Shown in pieces: positions 56,762-64,000 of a stretch of DNA of 64,000 bases. The translations under genes and the position numbers were made by a program. The stretch's first letter is position 1. The number at the start of each line of letters is the position of its first letter. The notes beneath the pieces are model-generated. The model did no database searches, was not told where the DNA came from, and worked only from the letters and a program-made list of their open reading frames with translations. The DNA comes from a bacterium (GTDB lineage Bacteria > Zixibacteria > MSB-5A5 > WJJR01): the NCBI GenBank assembly GCA_035559435.1, contig DATMBC010000103.1, positions 11,693-75,692 of the forward strand. Reading direction: 5' to 3'.

Positions 56762-57942
56762 GCCAGGAACCATCACGCGAATTGTCGGATGCCACCATCT
56801 GCGCGCACGGGGCCCGCGCCCATGACCATGGCGCGCTGGCGCTGCCCATCCATCTGTCCTCCACGTACCGTTTCGCCAACACCGCCGAGGCGGCGGCGCT
56901 GGCGCGCGGGGAAGTGAAGCGCTATATCTACACCCGCTACGAAAACCCGACCATCGACGAGGTGGAGGACAAGCTGGCCGCCCTCGAGCGCGGCGCCCGC
57001 GCCTTCCTCTTTGCCTCCGGCACCGCCGCAACCGCGACCTGGTGCTACGCGTTTCTTCGCCCCGGCGACCGCCTGGTCGCCTCCACCGAACTCTATGGCG
57101 GCACCGCGCACTTTTTCGACTCCTATCTGGCGGCGCAGGGAGTGCGGGTCGAGAAGGTCGACTTCCATGATCTCGACGCGCTCGACCGGACGCTGGCCGG
57201 CGCGCGTGCCTGCTGGTTTGAGACACCCAATAATCCCACCGTGCGCGTGCTCGATGGACCGGCCATCGCGCGGCTGTGCCAGAAGCACGCTGTCCTCTCG
57301 GCCATCGACAACACGTTTGCCACGCCGATCCTGCAAAAGCCGCTCACCTGGGGCATCGATTGGGTGATGCATTCGGCCACCAAGTACCTGGGCGGGCACA
57401 CCGACTTGATCGGCGGCGCGCTGGTGGCCGGTCCATCGGCCGATGCCGCGCGTGTCTATGAGGCGCGCAAGTCGCTTGGCGGGGTGATGGATCCGCATGC
57501 CGCCTTTCTGGTCAATCGTGGTTTGATGACGCTGGCGTTGCGGGTTGAGAGACAGTCGGCCACCGCATCGGAATTGGCCCGCTGGGCCGTTGGACAGAAA
57601 CGCATCGCGCGGGTGCATTATCCCGGTCTGCCGGAGCACCCCGGCCATGCGGCGGCGACGCGTCAGATGCGCGCCTACGGGGCGGTGATCGCGCTGGATA
57701 TTGAGGGCGGCTATGCGGCGGCGGCGCGATTTCTTGACCATCTGCGGCTGATCGTGCATGCCGCTTCGCTCGGCGGGCCGGAGTCACTGGTCTCGATGCC
57801 GATTCTGACCTCGCATGTCCATGCCACCCTGGCCGAACGCGCGCGCGTCGGTGTGACGGACGGAACCGTGCGTCTGTCGGTCGGGCTCGAAGCCGCTTTT
57901 GATCTCAAAGCCGATTTGTCGCAGGCCTTGGCGGCCATCTGA
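56758..57942 (+). CDS. Cystathionine gamma-synthase / O-succinylhomoserine sulfhydrylase family PLP enzyme
   Basis: 'LPIHLSSTY', 'YTRYENPT', 'AIDNTFATPILQKPLTWGIDWVMHSATKYLGGHTDLIGG'. The GTG start overlaps the HDAC stop. Confidence 0.85.
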   Translation: MSQEPSRELSDATICAHGARAHDHGALALPIHLSSTYRFANTAEAAALARGEVKRYIYTRYENPTIDEVEDKLAALERGARAFLFASGTAATATWCYAFLRPGDRLVASTELYGGTAHFFDSYLAAQGVRVEKVDFHDLDALDRTLAGARACWFETPNNPTVRVLDGPAIARLCQKHAVLSAIDNTFATPILQKPLTWGIDWVMHSATKYLGGHTDLIGGALVAGPSADAARVYEARKSLGGVMDPHAAFLVNRGLMTLALRVERQSATASELARWAVGQKRIARVHYPGLPEHPGHAAATRQMRAYGAVIALDIEGGYAAAARFLDHLRLIVHAASLGGPESLVSMPILTSHVHATLAERARVGVTDGTVRLSVGLEAAFDLKADLSQALAAI

Positions 57943-57962
57943 ATGGGAAGCCGGGGGGCACA

Positions 57963-60900
57963 ATGGCCACGATCCAGACATCCTCGCGACATCGCGGCCT
58001 GATTCTCGCGGCTCTGGTCGCGCTCCGGTTCTTGCCGGCGGCGGCGCAGGAGGGGCGCGAACCGCTCATCCTCGAGCACGCCGACTCGACCGAAGTCTAT
58101 CGCGCCGGCGACCAGACCGAGTACCGGTTGTTCGGCGATGTGCGCTTCTCGCAAGGGGAGACCCGCCTGCGCGGTGACCGCGCCATCTGGAAGCAGGAGG
58201 CGGGCATCATCCAGCTGGATGGCCGCGTGCTGGTGCAGCAACCGCAACGCTGGGTGGAAGCGCAGAGCATGACCTATGAACGCGCCGGCCGCACAGTGCT
58301 GGCGCTGGGCGACGTTCATCTGGAGGATACCACGCAGAGTTTCCTGCTCTGGTCGCAACGGGCCCGCTACGACCGGGCCGGCGATCTGGCGGTGGCCGAT
58401 TCGTTGCCGGTGGTCATCTGGGATTTTCTCCTCGACTCGCTTGCGCAGACCCGGGTCACCGCCGACACGATCATCTACAATCGTCCCGCCGGACGCGGCG
58501 ATGGCCTCGGTCATGTGCGGGTGGTCAAGGGCGACTGGATCGCCACCGGCCAAGCCGGCACCATCTATCCCGATTCCAATCGCGCCGTGATGTCGGGCGC
58601 GCCCTCGGCCCGCGGCATCGGCGGCACGATCAAGGGCGACACGCTGGTGATGGAGTTTTCCGGACGCGGGGTGCGTCAGGTGCGCGCCATCGGCAACGCG
58701 TCGGGCACCTACCGCGACACCTCACTGGGCGGCGGCGGCACCAATCTCATCCGCGGCCGTGCCGCCGACTTCTTCGTCGAAGACGACACCCTGCGCGCCA
58801 TCCGGGTGGTCGGGCAGGCCTACACCGATTACCAGCCCGCGGACAGCACCGAGGGCAGCAACCATGCCTCCGGCGACTCGCTCTGGCTGTACTTCGAACA
58901 GGGGCAGATCGCCACCGTCGTCATCTCCGGCGGAGCGCAGGGACAGTACCTGGCGCCGAAGGCCGAAGGCGCTTCCGACACCGTCAACTACAAGGCCGCC
59001 ACGATTGTCTTCGTCCCCGATTCCAGCCGTGTCGACCTGGAAGCCGACGGGCAGTTGAAGTACGGTTCGATCGTGCTGGACGCCGGGCGCATCTCCTATT
59101 GGACCAACCGGCGCAACCTGCTGGCGCGGGGCATCCGCGAGTCCGACACGGCCGCCTGGCGGCAGCGTCCGGTGCTGACCGACGGGCAGCAGACGATCAA
59201 CGGCGACGTGCTGACTTACAATATCGACTCGCGGCGCGGCCGCATCCGCCAGTCCAAGACCGAGTTCGAAGGCGCCTACTACCGGGGCGGCGATTTTCGC
59301 AAGTACACCGACAGCATCTATTTCGTCACCGATGGCATCTATACCACCTGCGAACTGGAGCGGCCGCACTTCCGCTTCGAAAGCCGCGACATGGAGATCA
59401 TCCGCAACGACAAGGTGATCGCCCGTCCGGTGAAACTAAAGATCGGCGAGCTGCCAGTGGCGATGCTGCCCTACTACATCTTCCCGATCCGTCGCGGCCG
59501 CCATTCCGGCTTCCTCCCGCTGCGATTTGGCAATTTCCAGCAGGGGGAACGATTCATCGGCAACGCCGGCTACTACTGGGCCGCGTCGGACTATTGGGAC
59601 GTGGAGGGGGCGCTCGACTACAACGAGGATTCGGGCGTGCTTTTGCGCGGCACGCTCAACTATGCCTGGCGGTACCGCTTCAGCGGCACCGTGTCGGGTT
59701 CCTACACGCGGCAATCGCAGGCGACGACCGTCGGCACCAGCAAGTCCACCCGCTGGAGTCTGCGCGGCTCGCATCAGCAGACGTTGTCGCCGTCGGCGTC
59801 GCTGTCCGGCAGCATGGACTTTGTCTCCGATGCGTCGTTCTACCAGAACTACAGTTTCGATCCGACCGACCGCCGTCAGCGCACCCTGCGATCGCAGTTG
59901 AACTTCAACAAGCGCTGGAAAGGCGCGTCGCTGACCGCCTACATCGAGAACACCGAAAACCTCGACACCGAGTCGCTGACCCGCCGTCTGCCGCAACTGG
60001 ACTTCCAGATGTTTCAGCGGCGGCTGTTGGCTCCCGATTCGGGCCAGGATGCGCGCTGGTACCACAACGGGTATGTCAGCTACTCCTCGCGCCTGTCGCA
60101 CTACACCACGCGCACGCTCAAATCGGGCGACACCACCGGAGCCACCAACGAGAAGCGCTACGCGGTGGCCGATCATTCCGCGTCATTCAGCTTCCCGCAG
60201 AAGCTGCTGCGCTACATCAGCGTCTCCCCCAACGCGTCGTTGCAGGAGACCTGGTACTACATCTTCGACACGCCGCTGGCGCATGAGTCCGGCGTAGCGA
60301 CCGAAACCGGCGCGCGGCGACTGTCCGGCTCGGCCGGGATCTCGGCCGGCACCAATCTCTATGGGTTTCTCAACCCGCGGCTGTGGGGACTTAACGCCAT
60401 CCGCCACACCATGAGCCCGCGGGTCAGTTACTCCTTCACGCCCGCCATCACGCGCAGCGATGAGTATCGCGCCTTCACCGGCAACGGCGGCGGCTCCAGC
60501 CGGCGCGCGCAGTTGGTCAGTCTGTCGGTGTCCAACACGCTGGACGCGAAACTGCATGAGGGAGAGGCCGAAAAGAAGATTACCCTGCTCAACTTCGGCC
60601 TCGGCGCCAGCTACAATATCGAGGCCGACGCGCGCAAATGGAGCAGTTTCTCCGGCAACGCCCGCACCAACATCAACAAACTGGACCTGGCGGTCGACGC
60701 GGTCTGGGACCTGTACAACCAGCAGACTCTCGATCTGCAGTGGACCAATCCCACGCTCACCAGTTTCGGCGTCTCGGCGGGCACCAGTCTGCGCGGCGGG
60801 GTCTCGCCGTTTACCAGCGTGACCGCCATCGGCGAACAGTTTGACCGCCAGGACACGACCGCCGCGGTCGAGAAGATCCCGTTCAATGTCTCGTTGTCCT

Positions 60901-61211
60901 ACCGCTACTCCGAGTCGCGCAGTCTCAATTCGGTGTTCAAGGACCACTGGACCGGGTGGCGGGTCGATATCCAGCCGACCAGGAACTGGACGGTGAATTA
61001 CCAGCAGACCTACAACTGGGCGCGTCACGCGGTCACCGATCAGCGGTTCGAACTGACGCGCGATCTGCACTGCTGGGAGATGCGATTTCTGTGGGTGCCG
61101 AGCGGCTCCGGCGCCGGCTACTACTTCCGCATCAACGTCAAGTCGCTGCCCGACATCCAACTGGAGCGCTCGGAGAGCGGCGTGCTCGGCGCTTTCGGCC
61201 GCCGCTTCTGA
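57963..61211 (+). CDS. lptD: LPS-assembly outer membrane protein LptD (OstA family)
   Basis: Signal peptide; N-terminal OstA/LptA-like jellyroll repeats; 'YTTCELERPHFRFESRDMEI...IGELPVAMLPYYIFPIRRGRHSGFLPLRFG' matches the LptD signature (TTCD..P.W......LP..Y.P....RKSGFL.P); large C-terminal barrel. Confidence 0.8.
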   Translation: MATIQTSSRHRGLILAALVALRFLPAAAQEGREPLILEHADSTEVYRAGDQTEYRLFGDVRFSQGETRLRGDRAIWKQEAGIIQLDGRVLVQQPQRWVEAQSMTYERAGRTVLALGDVHLEDTTQSFLLWSQRARYDRAGDLAVADSLPVVIWDFLLDSLAQTRVTADTIIYNRPAGRGDGLGHVRVVKGDWIATGQAGTIYPDSNRAVMSGAPSARGIGGTIKGDTLVMEFSGRGVRQVRAIGNASGTYRDTSLGGGGTNLIRGRAADFFVEDDTLRAIRVVGQAYTDYQPADSTEGSNHASGDSLWLYFEQGQIATVVISGGAQGQYLAPKAEGASDTVNYKAATIVFVPDSSRVDLEADGQLKYGSIVLDAGRISYWTNRRNLLARGIRESDTAAWRQRPVLTDGQQTINGDVLTYNIDSRRGRIRQSKTEFEGAYYRGGDFRKYTDSIYFVTDGIYTTCELERPHFRFESRDMEIIRNDKVIARPVKLKIGELPVAMLPYYIFPIRRGRHSGFLPLRFGNFQQGERFIGNAGYYWAASDYWDVEGALDYNEDSGVLLRGTLNYAWRYRFSGTVSGSYTRQSQATTVGTSKSTRWSLRGSHQQTLSPSASLSGSMDFVSDASFYQNYSFDPTDRRQRTLRSQLNFNKRWKGASLTAYIENTENLDTESLTRRLPQLDFQMFQRRLLAPDSGQDARWYHNGYVSYSSRLSHYTTRTLKSGDTTGATNEKRYAVADHSASFSFPQKLLRYISVSPNASLQETWYYIFDTPLAHESGVATETGARRLSGSAGISAGTNLYGFLNPRLWGLNAIRHTMSPRVSYSFTPAITRSDEYRAFTGNGGGSSRRAQLVSLSVSNTLDAKLHEGEAEKKITLLNFGLGASYNIEADARKWSSFSGNARTNINKLDLAVDAVWDLYNQQTLDLQWTNPTLTSFGVSAGTSLRGGVSPFTSVTAIGEQFDRQDTTAAVEKIPFNVSLSYRYSESRSLNSVFKDHWTGWRVDIQPTRNWTVNYQQTYNWARHAVTDQRFELTRDLHCWEMRFLWVPSGSGAGYYFRINVKSLPDIQLERSESGVLGAFGRRF

Positions 61212-61297
61212 GCCGCTTTTCCCATTGACAGATTCCCCCGACAGGGGTTGCTTAATCGCTGGTTTCAGGGGAGGACCGGCAGTCAAACCTGTCGGTC

Positions 61298-63721
61298 TTG
61301 GGGAAAGGGACGCCCGCCATGCGGCTGTTCGCCGCGCTGAATTATCAGCGCAGGAATGAAATCCTTGGATTTCTGCTGATCGTATTGTGCCTGTTTGTCT
61401 GGCTGTCGCTGTTTACGCATCAGCCGGAGGACGACACTTGGATACGCGCCGGCTCCGATGAGGAGTGGGTGGATGGCTACCATCCGTACAACCTCGCCGG
61501 GACCGTCGGCGCGTTGATCGCCTATGGCCTCTACGAGTGGTTCGGCTTTTCCGCTTACCTGCTCATCCTGCTGGTTGGCGCTGTCGGGCTGCAGCGTTTT
61601 CTCTCGGCGCGGCCGATGGCCCCGGTGCTCTATTCGGCCGGGGTGCTGGCTTGGGTCTTTGTGCTGGGGGTCATCGTCGACCTTCCGGCGGCGGGACGTC
61701 AGGATGCCTGGGTCGAAGGCGGACGTACCCTCTCCGGCTGGCTGGGACGAATCTGCGCCGGCGGCACCGCCAATTTGCTGGGTGTGGTCGGCGGCGGGTT
61801 GATCCTCGGCTCGGCGCTTCTGGGTTCGATCCTGCTCATTCTGCCCTGGGACAAGATCAAAGTGGCCCGTCCGGCTAAGAAGACGGCACGGACCGCGCGC
61901 AAAGCCGAACCCGCCACTTCCGGAAAGGAGAAGCAGCCGTCGATCCTGTCGCGCCGGTTCACCGCGCTGGCCACCGCCATTGCCGGCAAGTACCGCGGGT
62001 GGCGTCAAGCACGCTCGGAGCGCAAGCAGGCCGAAGCCGAACTGGTTGAGCAGCGCACTTCCGTAAAGCGTGGCAAATCCACGCCTGCCGAAGCCGCCTC
62101 CGATATCGCGCTGCCCGATTGGGCGGCCTATGAGCCGGACAAACCGGCCGGCGCGCCATCGCCAGTGGAGCAGGCCGAAGCGATCGTTGCCGACCGTACC
62201 GCCCATGTCGATGAGACCGCCACTCCCCGTCCCCGGCGGGTGATGAAGATGGTCCGTCAGGCGGAGGGGACCGACTACCAGTTTCCGACTCTGGACTTGC
62301 TCGAGGAACCGCCGGCCAGACGTCGCCGCCATGATGGCCAATCCAACGGCGCCGAGTTGCTCGCCAAGGCGCTGGCGACCTTTGATGTCGGGATTGACGG
62401 CCCGATCGAAACCTATCCCGGTCCGGTCATCACGCGGTATGAGTTCCGACCGGCGCCCGGCGTAAAGGTCAATCAGGTTGTGGGATTGGCCGATGACTTG
62501 GCGCTGGCCCTGTCGGCGTCTCGCGTACGCATCGTCGCACCGGTCCCCGGCAAAGCGGCCGTCGGTGTCGAGGTGCCGAATCGCGACCCGGAAGTGGTGC
62601 CGTTGTCCGAGATTCTGGGCAGCGAAGATTTCGCCAACTCCGATGCCCTCCTGCCGCTGGCATTGGGGCAGACCATTGATGGACAGCCGTTTGTTGCCGA
62701 TTTGGCGGCGATGCCTCACCTGCTGATTGCCGGCGCCACCGGATCCGGGAAGAGCGTTTGCATCAATGTCATCATCACCTCGCTGCTTTTCCGCCATCAC
62801 CCCAACGATGTTCGGCTGCTGTTTGTCGATCCCAAACGGCTGGAGCTGTCGGTCTATGCCGGCATCCCGCACATGGAACGTCCGGTGGTGACCCACCCGC
62901 GCGGAGCGGAGCGGCTCTTGGCCGATGCGGCCCGCGAGATGGATGAGCGCTATAAGACGTTGGCGGGTATGGGAGTACGGAACATCAACGATTACAATAA
63001 GAAGGCGCCCGCCGGCCAGAAGCTGCCGTACATCGTCATCGTCGTCGATGAACTGGCCGACCTGATGATGAGTCAGTCGGCCGCACGGATCGAACTGCTG
63101 ATCACGCGCCTGGCGCAGATGGCGCGCGCGGTCGGCATCCACCTGATCCTGGCGACTCAGCGTCCTTCGGTCGACGTTATCACCGGCCTGATTAAGGCCA
63201 ACTTCTCATGCCGGATCGCCTTCCAGGTTGCGAGCAAGATCGACTCGCGCACCATCCTCGACGTCAACGGCGCCGACAAACTGCTGGGACGGGGCGACAT
63301 GCTCTACCTCTCGCCGGGAGTGGCCGAGCCGGTCCGTGTCCATGGCGCCTACATCTCCAACTCCGAGACTTCGGCCATCGTTGAGTTCCTCCGCGCCCAG
63401 AATGTGTCTCCCGAAGCCCTTCCGACTTTCTCCGGCACGGTCGAAGTCGACGCCGGCGGCGATTCGGAAGGGGACGAGAGCGATCCGGATGGCTCCAGCG
63501 ACAAGCTGTTCCAGGAGGCCGCCGAGGTCGTTATCCGCCACAAGCAAGGTTCTGTTTCTCTGCTCCAGCGTCGGCTGGGAATTGGCTACCAACGGGCCGC
63601 CCGGCTGATCGACAAACTCGAGGAATCGGGCATTGTCGGGGCCTATGACGGCAGCAAGGCCCGCGAGGTCCTCTGGTCGATGCAGGATTATGAGGACCGC
63701 TTCGCCAAATCTCAAAATTAA
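61298..63721 (+). CDS. ftsK: DNA translocase FtsK/SpoIIIE
   Basis: 4 N-terminal TM segments; a Pro/Ala-rich linker; Walker A 'LLIAGATGSGKS'; 'LVIVVDELADLMM'; 'HLILATQRPSVDVITG'; gamma wHTH 'SVSLLQRRLGIGYQRAARLIDKLEESGIV'. Confidence 0.95.
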   Translation: MGKGTPAMRLFAALNYQRRNEILGFLLIVLCLFVWLSLFTHQPEDDTWIRAGSDEEWVDGYHPYNLAGTVGALIAYGLYEWFGFSAYLLILLVGAVGLQRFLSARPMAPVLYSAGVLAWVFVLGVIVDLPAAGRQDAWVEGGRTLSGWLGRICAGGTANLLGVVGGGLILGSALLGSILLILPWDKIKVARPAKKTARTARKAEPATSGKEKQPSILSRRFTALATAIAGKYRGWRQARSERKQAEAELVEQRTSVKRGKSTPAEAASDIALPDWAAYEPDKPAGAPSPVEQAEAIVADRTAHVDETATPRPRRVMKMVRQAEGTDYQFPTLDLLEEPPARRRRHDGQSNGAELLAKALATFDVGIDGPIETYPGPVITRYEFRPAPGVKVNQVVGLADDLALALSASRVRIVAPVPGKAAVGVEVPNRDPEVVPLSEILGSEDFANSDALLPLALGQTIDGQPFVADLAAMPHLLIAGATGSGKSVCINVIITSLLFRHHPNDVRLLFVDPKRLELSVYAGIPHMERPVVTHPRGAERLLADAAREMDERYKTLAGMGVRNINDYNKKAPAGQKLPYIVIVVDELADLMMSQSAARIELLITRLAQMARAVGIHLILATQRPSVDVITGLIKANFSCRIAFQVASKIDSRTILDVNGADKLLGRGDMLYLSPGVAEPVRVHGAYISNSETSAIVEFLRAQNVSPEALPTFSGTVEVDAGGDSEGDESDPDGSSDKLFQEAAEVVIRHKQGSVSLLQRRLGIGYQRAARLIDKLEESGIVGAYDGSKAREVLWSMQDYEDRFAKSQN

Positions 63722-63842
63722 TCCATTGTAATTCAACGAGTTAGTCGTCAAGGTGGGTTCCGGGGCGCTTTTCCGGGACCCAAATTGGGCTTAGGTGTAT
63801 TATATTCGTCCAATCCGAGCAACCTACCTTTGCGGGTATCCA

Positions 63843-64000
63843 ATGTCATGATGAAGCTACGTCTGAACCATATGTTAATCTATGTCCGCCCGATTCTGGC
63901 CGGGGTGGCGGCCTGTCTGGTCCTGTCCGGGTCGCCGGATTCGGCCATTTCCTGTCCAGCCGATTCGGTCCTGAACCTGTTCGAGTCCAGTCTGCCGCAG
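63843..64000 (+). CDS. 5' fragment of a downstream ORF beginning with a signal-peptide-like sequence (possibly LolA-like, given its position after ftsK); truncated by the window end
   Basis: 'MMKLRLNHMLIYVRPILAGVAACLVLSGSPDSA...'. Synteny only; there is no domain evidence. Confidence 0.25.

Noticed and set aside
61283-63142. 619-aa minus-strand ORF opposite ftsK
   Set aside because: ftsK (Walker A/B, gamma domain) is clearly the real gene.

Overview
This is a high-GC (about 65-70% by eye) bacterial chromosomal segment, with almost all genes on the + strand. Several genes overlap at their stop and start codons (ATGA/GTGA), which suggests translational coupling. LpxH, MurA, LptD, a TolC-like protein and an Omp85-like barrel mark it as a Gram-negative (diderm) genome. 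Proteins carrying GWxTD and DUF1573 domains suggest an FCB-group / Gemmatimonadota-like or Acidobacteria-like organism, but that is inference only.

Gene content, start to end:
- The 3' end of a PLP-dependent Cys/Met enzyme, then a DUF302 protein, the copper P-type ATPase CopA, 23S rRNA methyltransferase RlmD and a HIT protein.
- An unusual protein with an N-terminal HTH and a degenerate aconitase-like domain, immediately followed by a low-GC trypsin-like protease gene.
- A Pat-like acyl-CoA synthetase + GNAT protein acetyltransferase, and a di-cupredoxin lipoprotein.
- lpxH (- strand) and murA.
- A 1072-aa outer-membrane protein that fuses a peptidase, a TolB-like propeller and an Omp85 barrel.
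- A Yip1-like protein followed by a TolC / HlyD / MacB-type efflux system with two FtsX permeases.
- Two tandem GWxTD proteins, then an ABC-2 transporter.
- Three tandem DUF1573 genes on the - strand. The middle one carries an in-frame TGA exactly at a conserved Cys codon.
- lexA, then a low-GC islet holding a secreted hypothetical protein, a small ORF and several perfect hairpins, then dinB.
- An aminotransferase and dapF.
- A complete trp operon, trpEGD-(MFS)-CFBA, followed by argS.
- An aro cluster: DAHP synthase, aroA, aroE, SpmA/SpmB-like genes, aroK, aroB, aroQ.
- A MATE efflux protein, an HDAC-like deacetylase, a second Cys/Met PLP enzyme, lptD, ftsK, and a partial downstream ORF.

No rRNA, tRNA or CRISPR array was found, and there is no clear transposase. 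Many long antisense ORFs are compositional artefacts of the high GC content.
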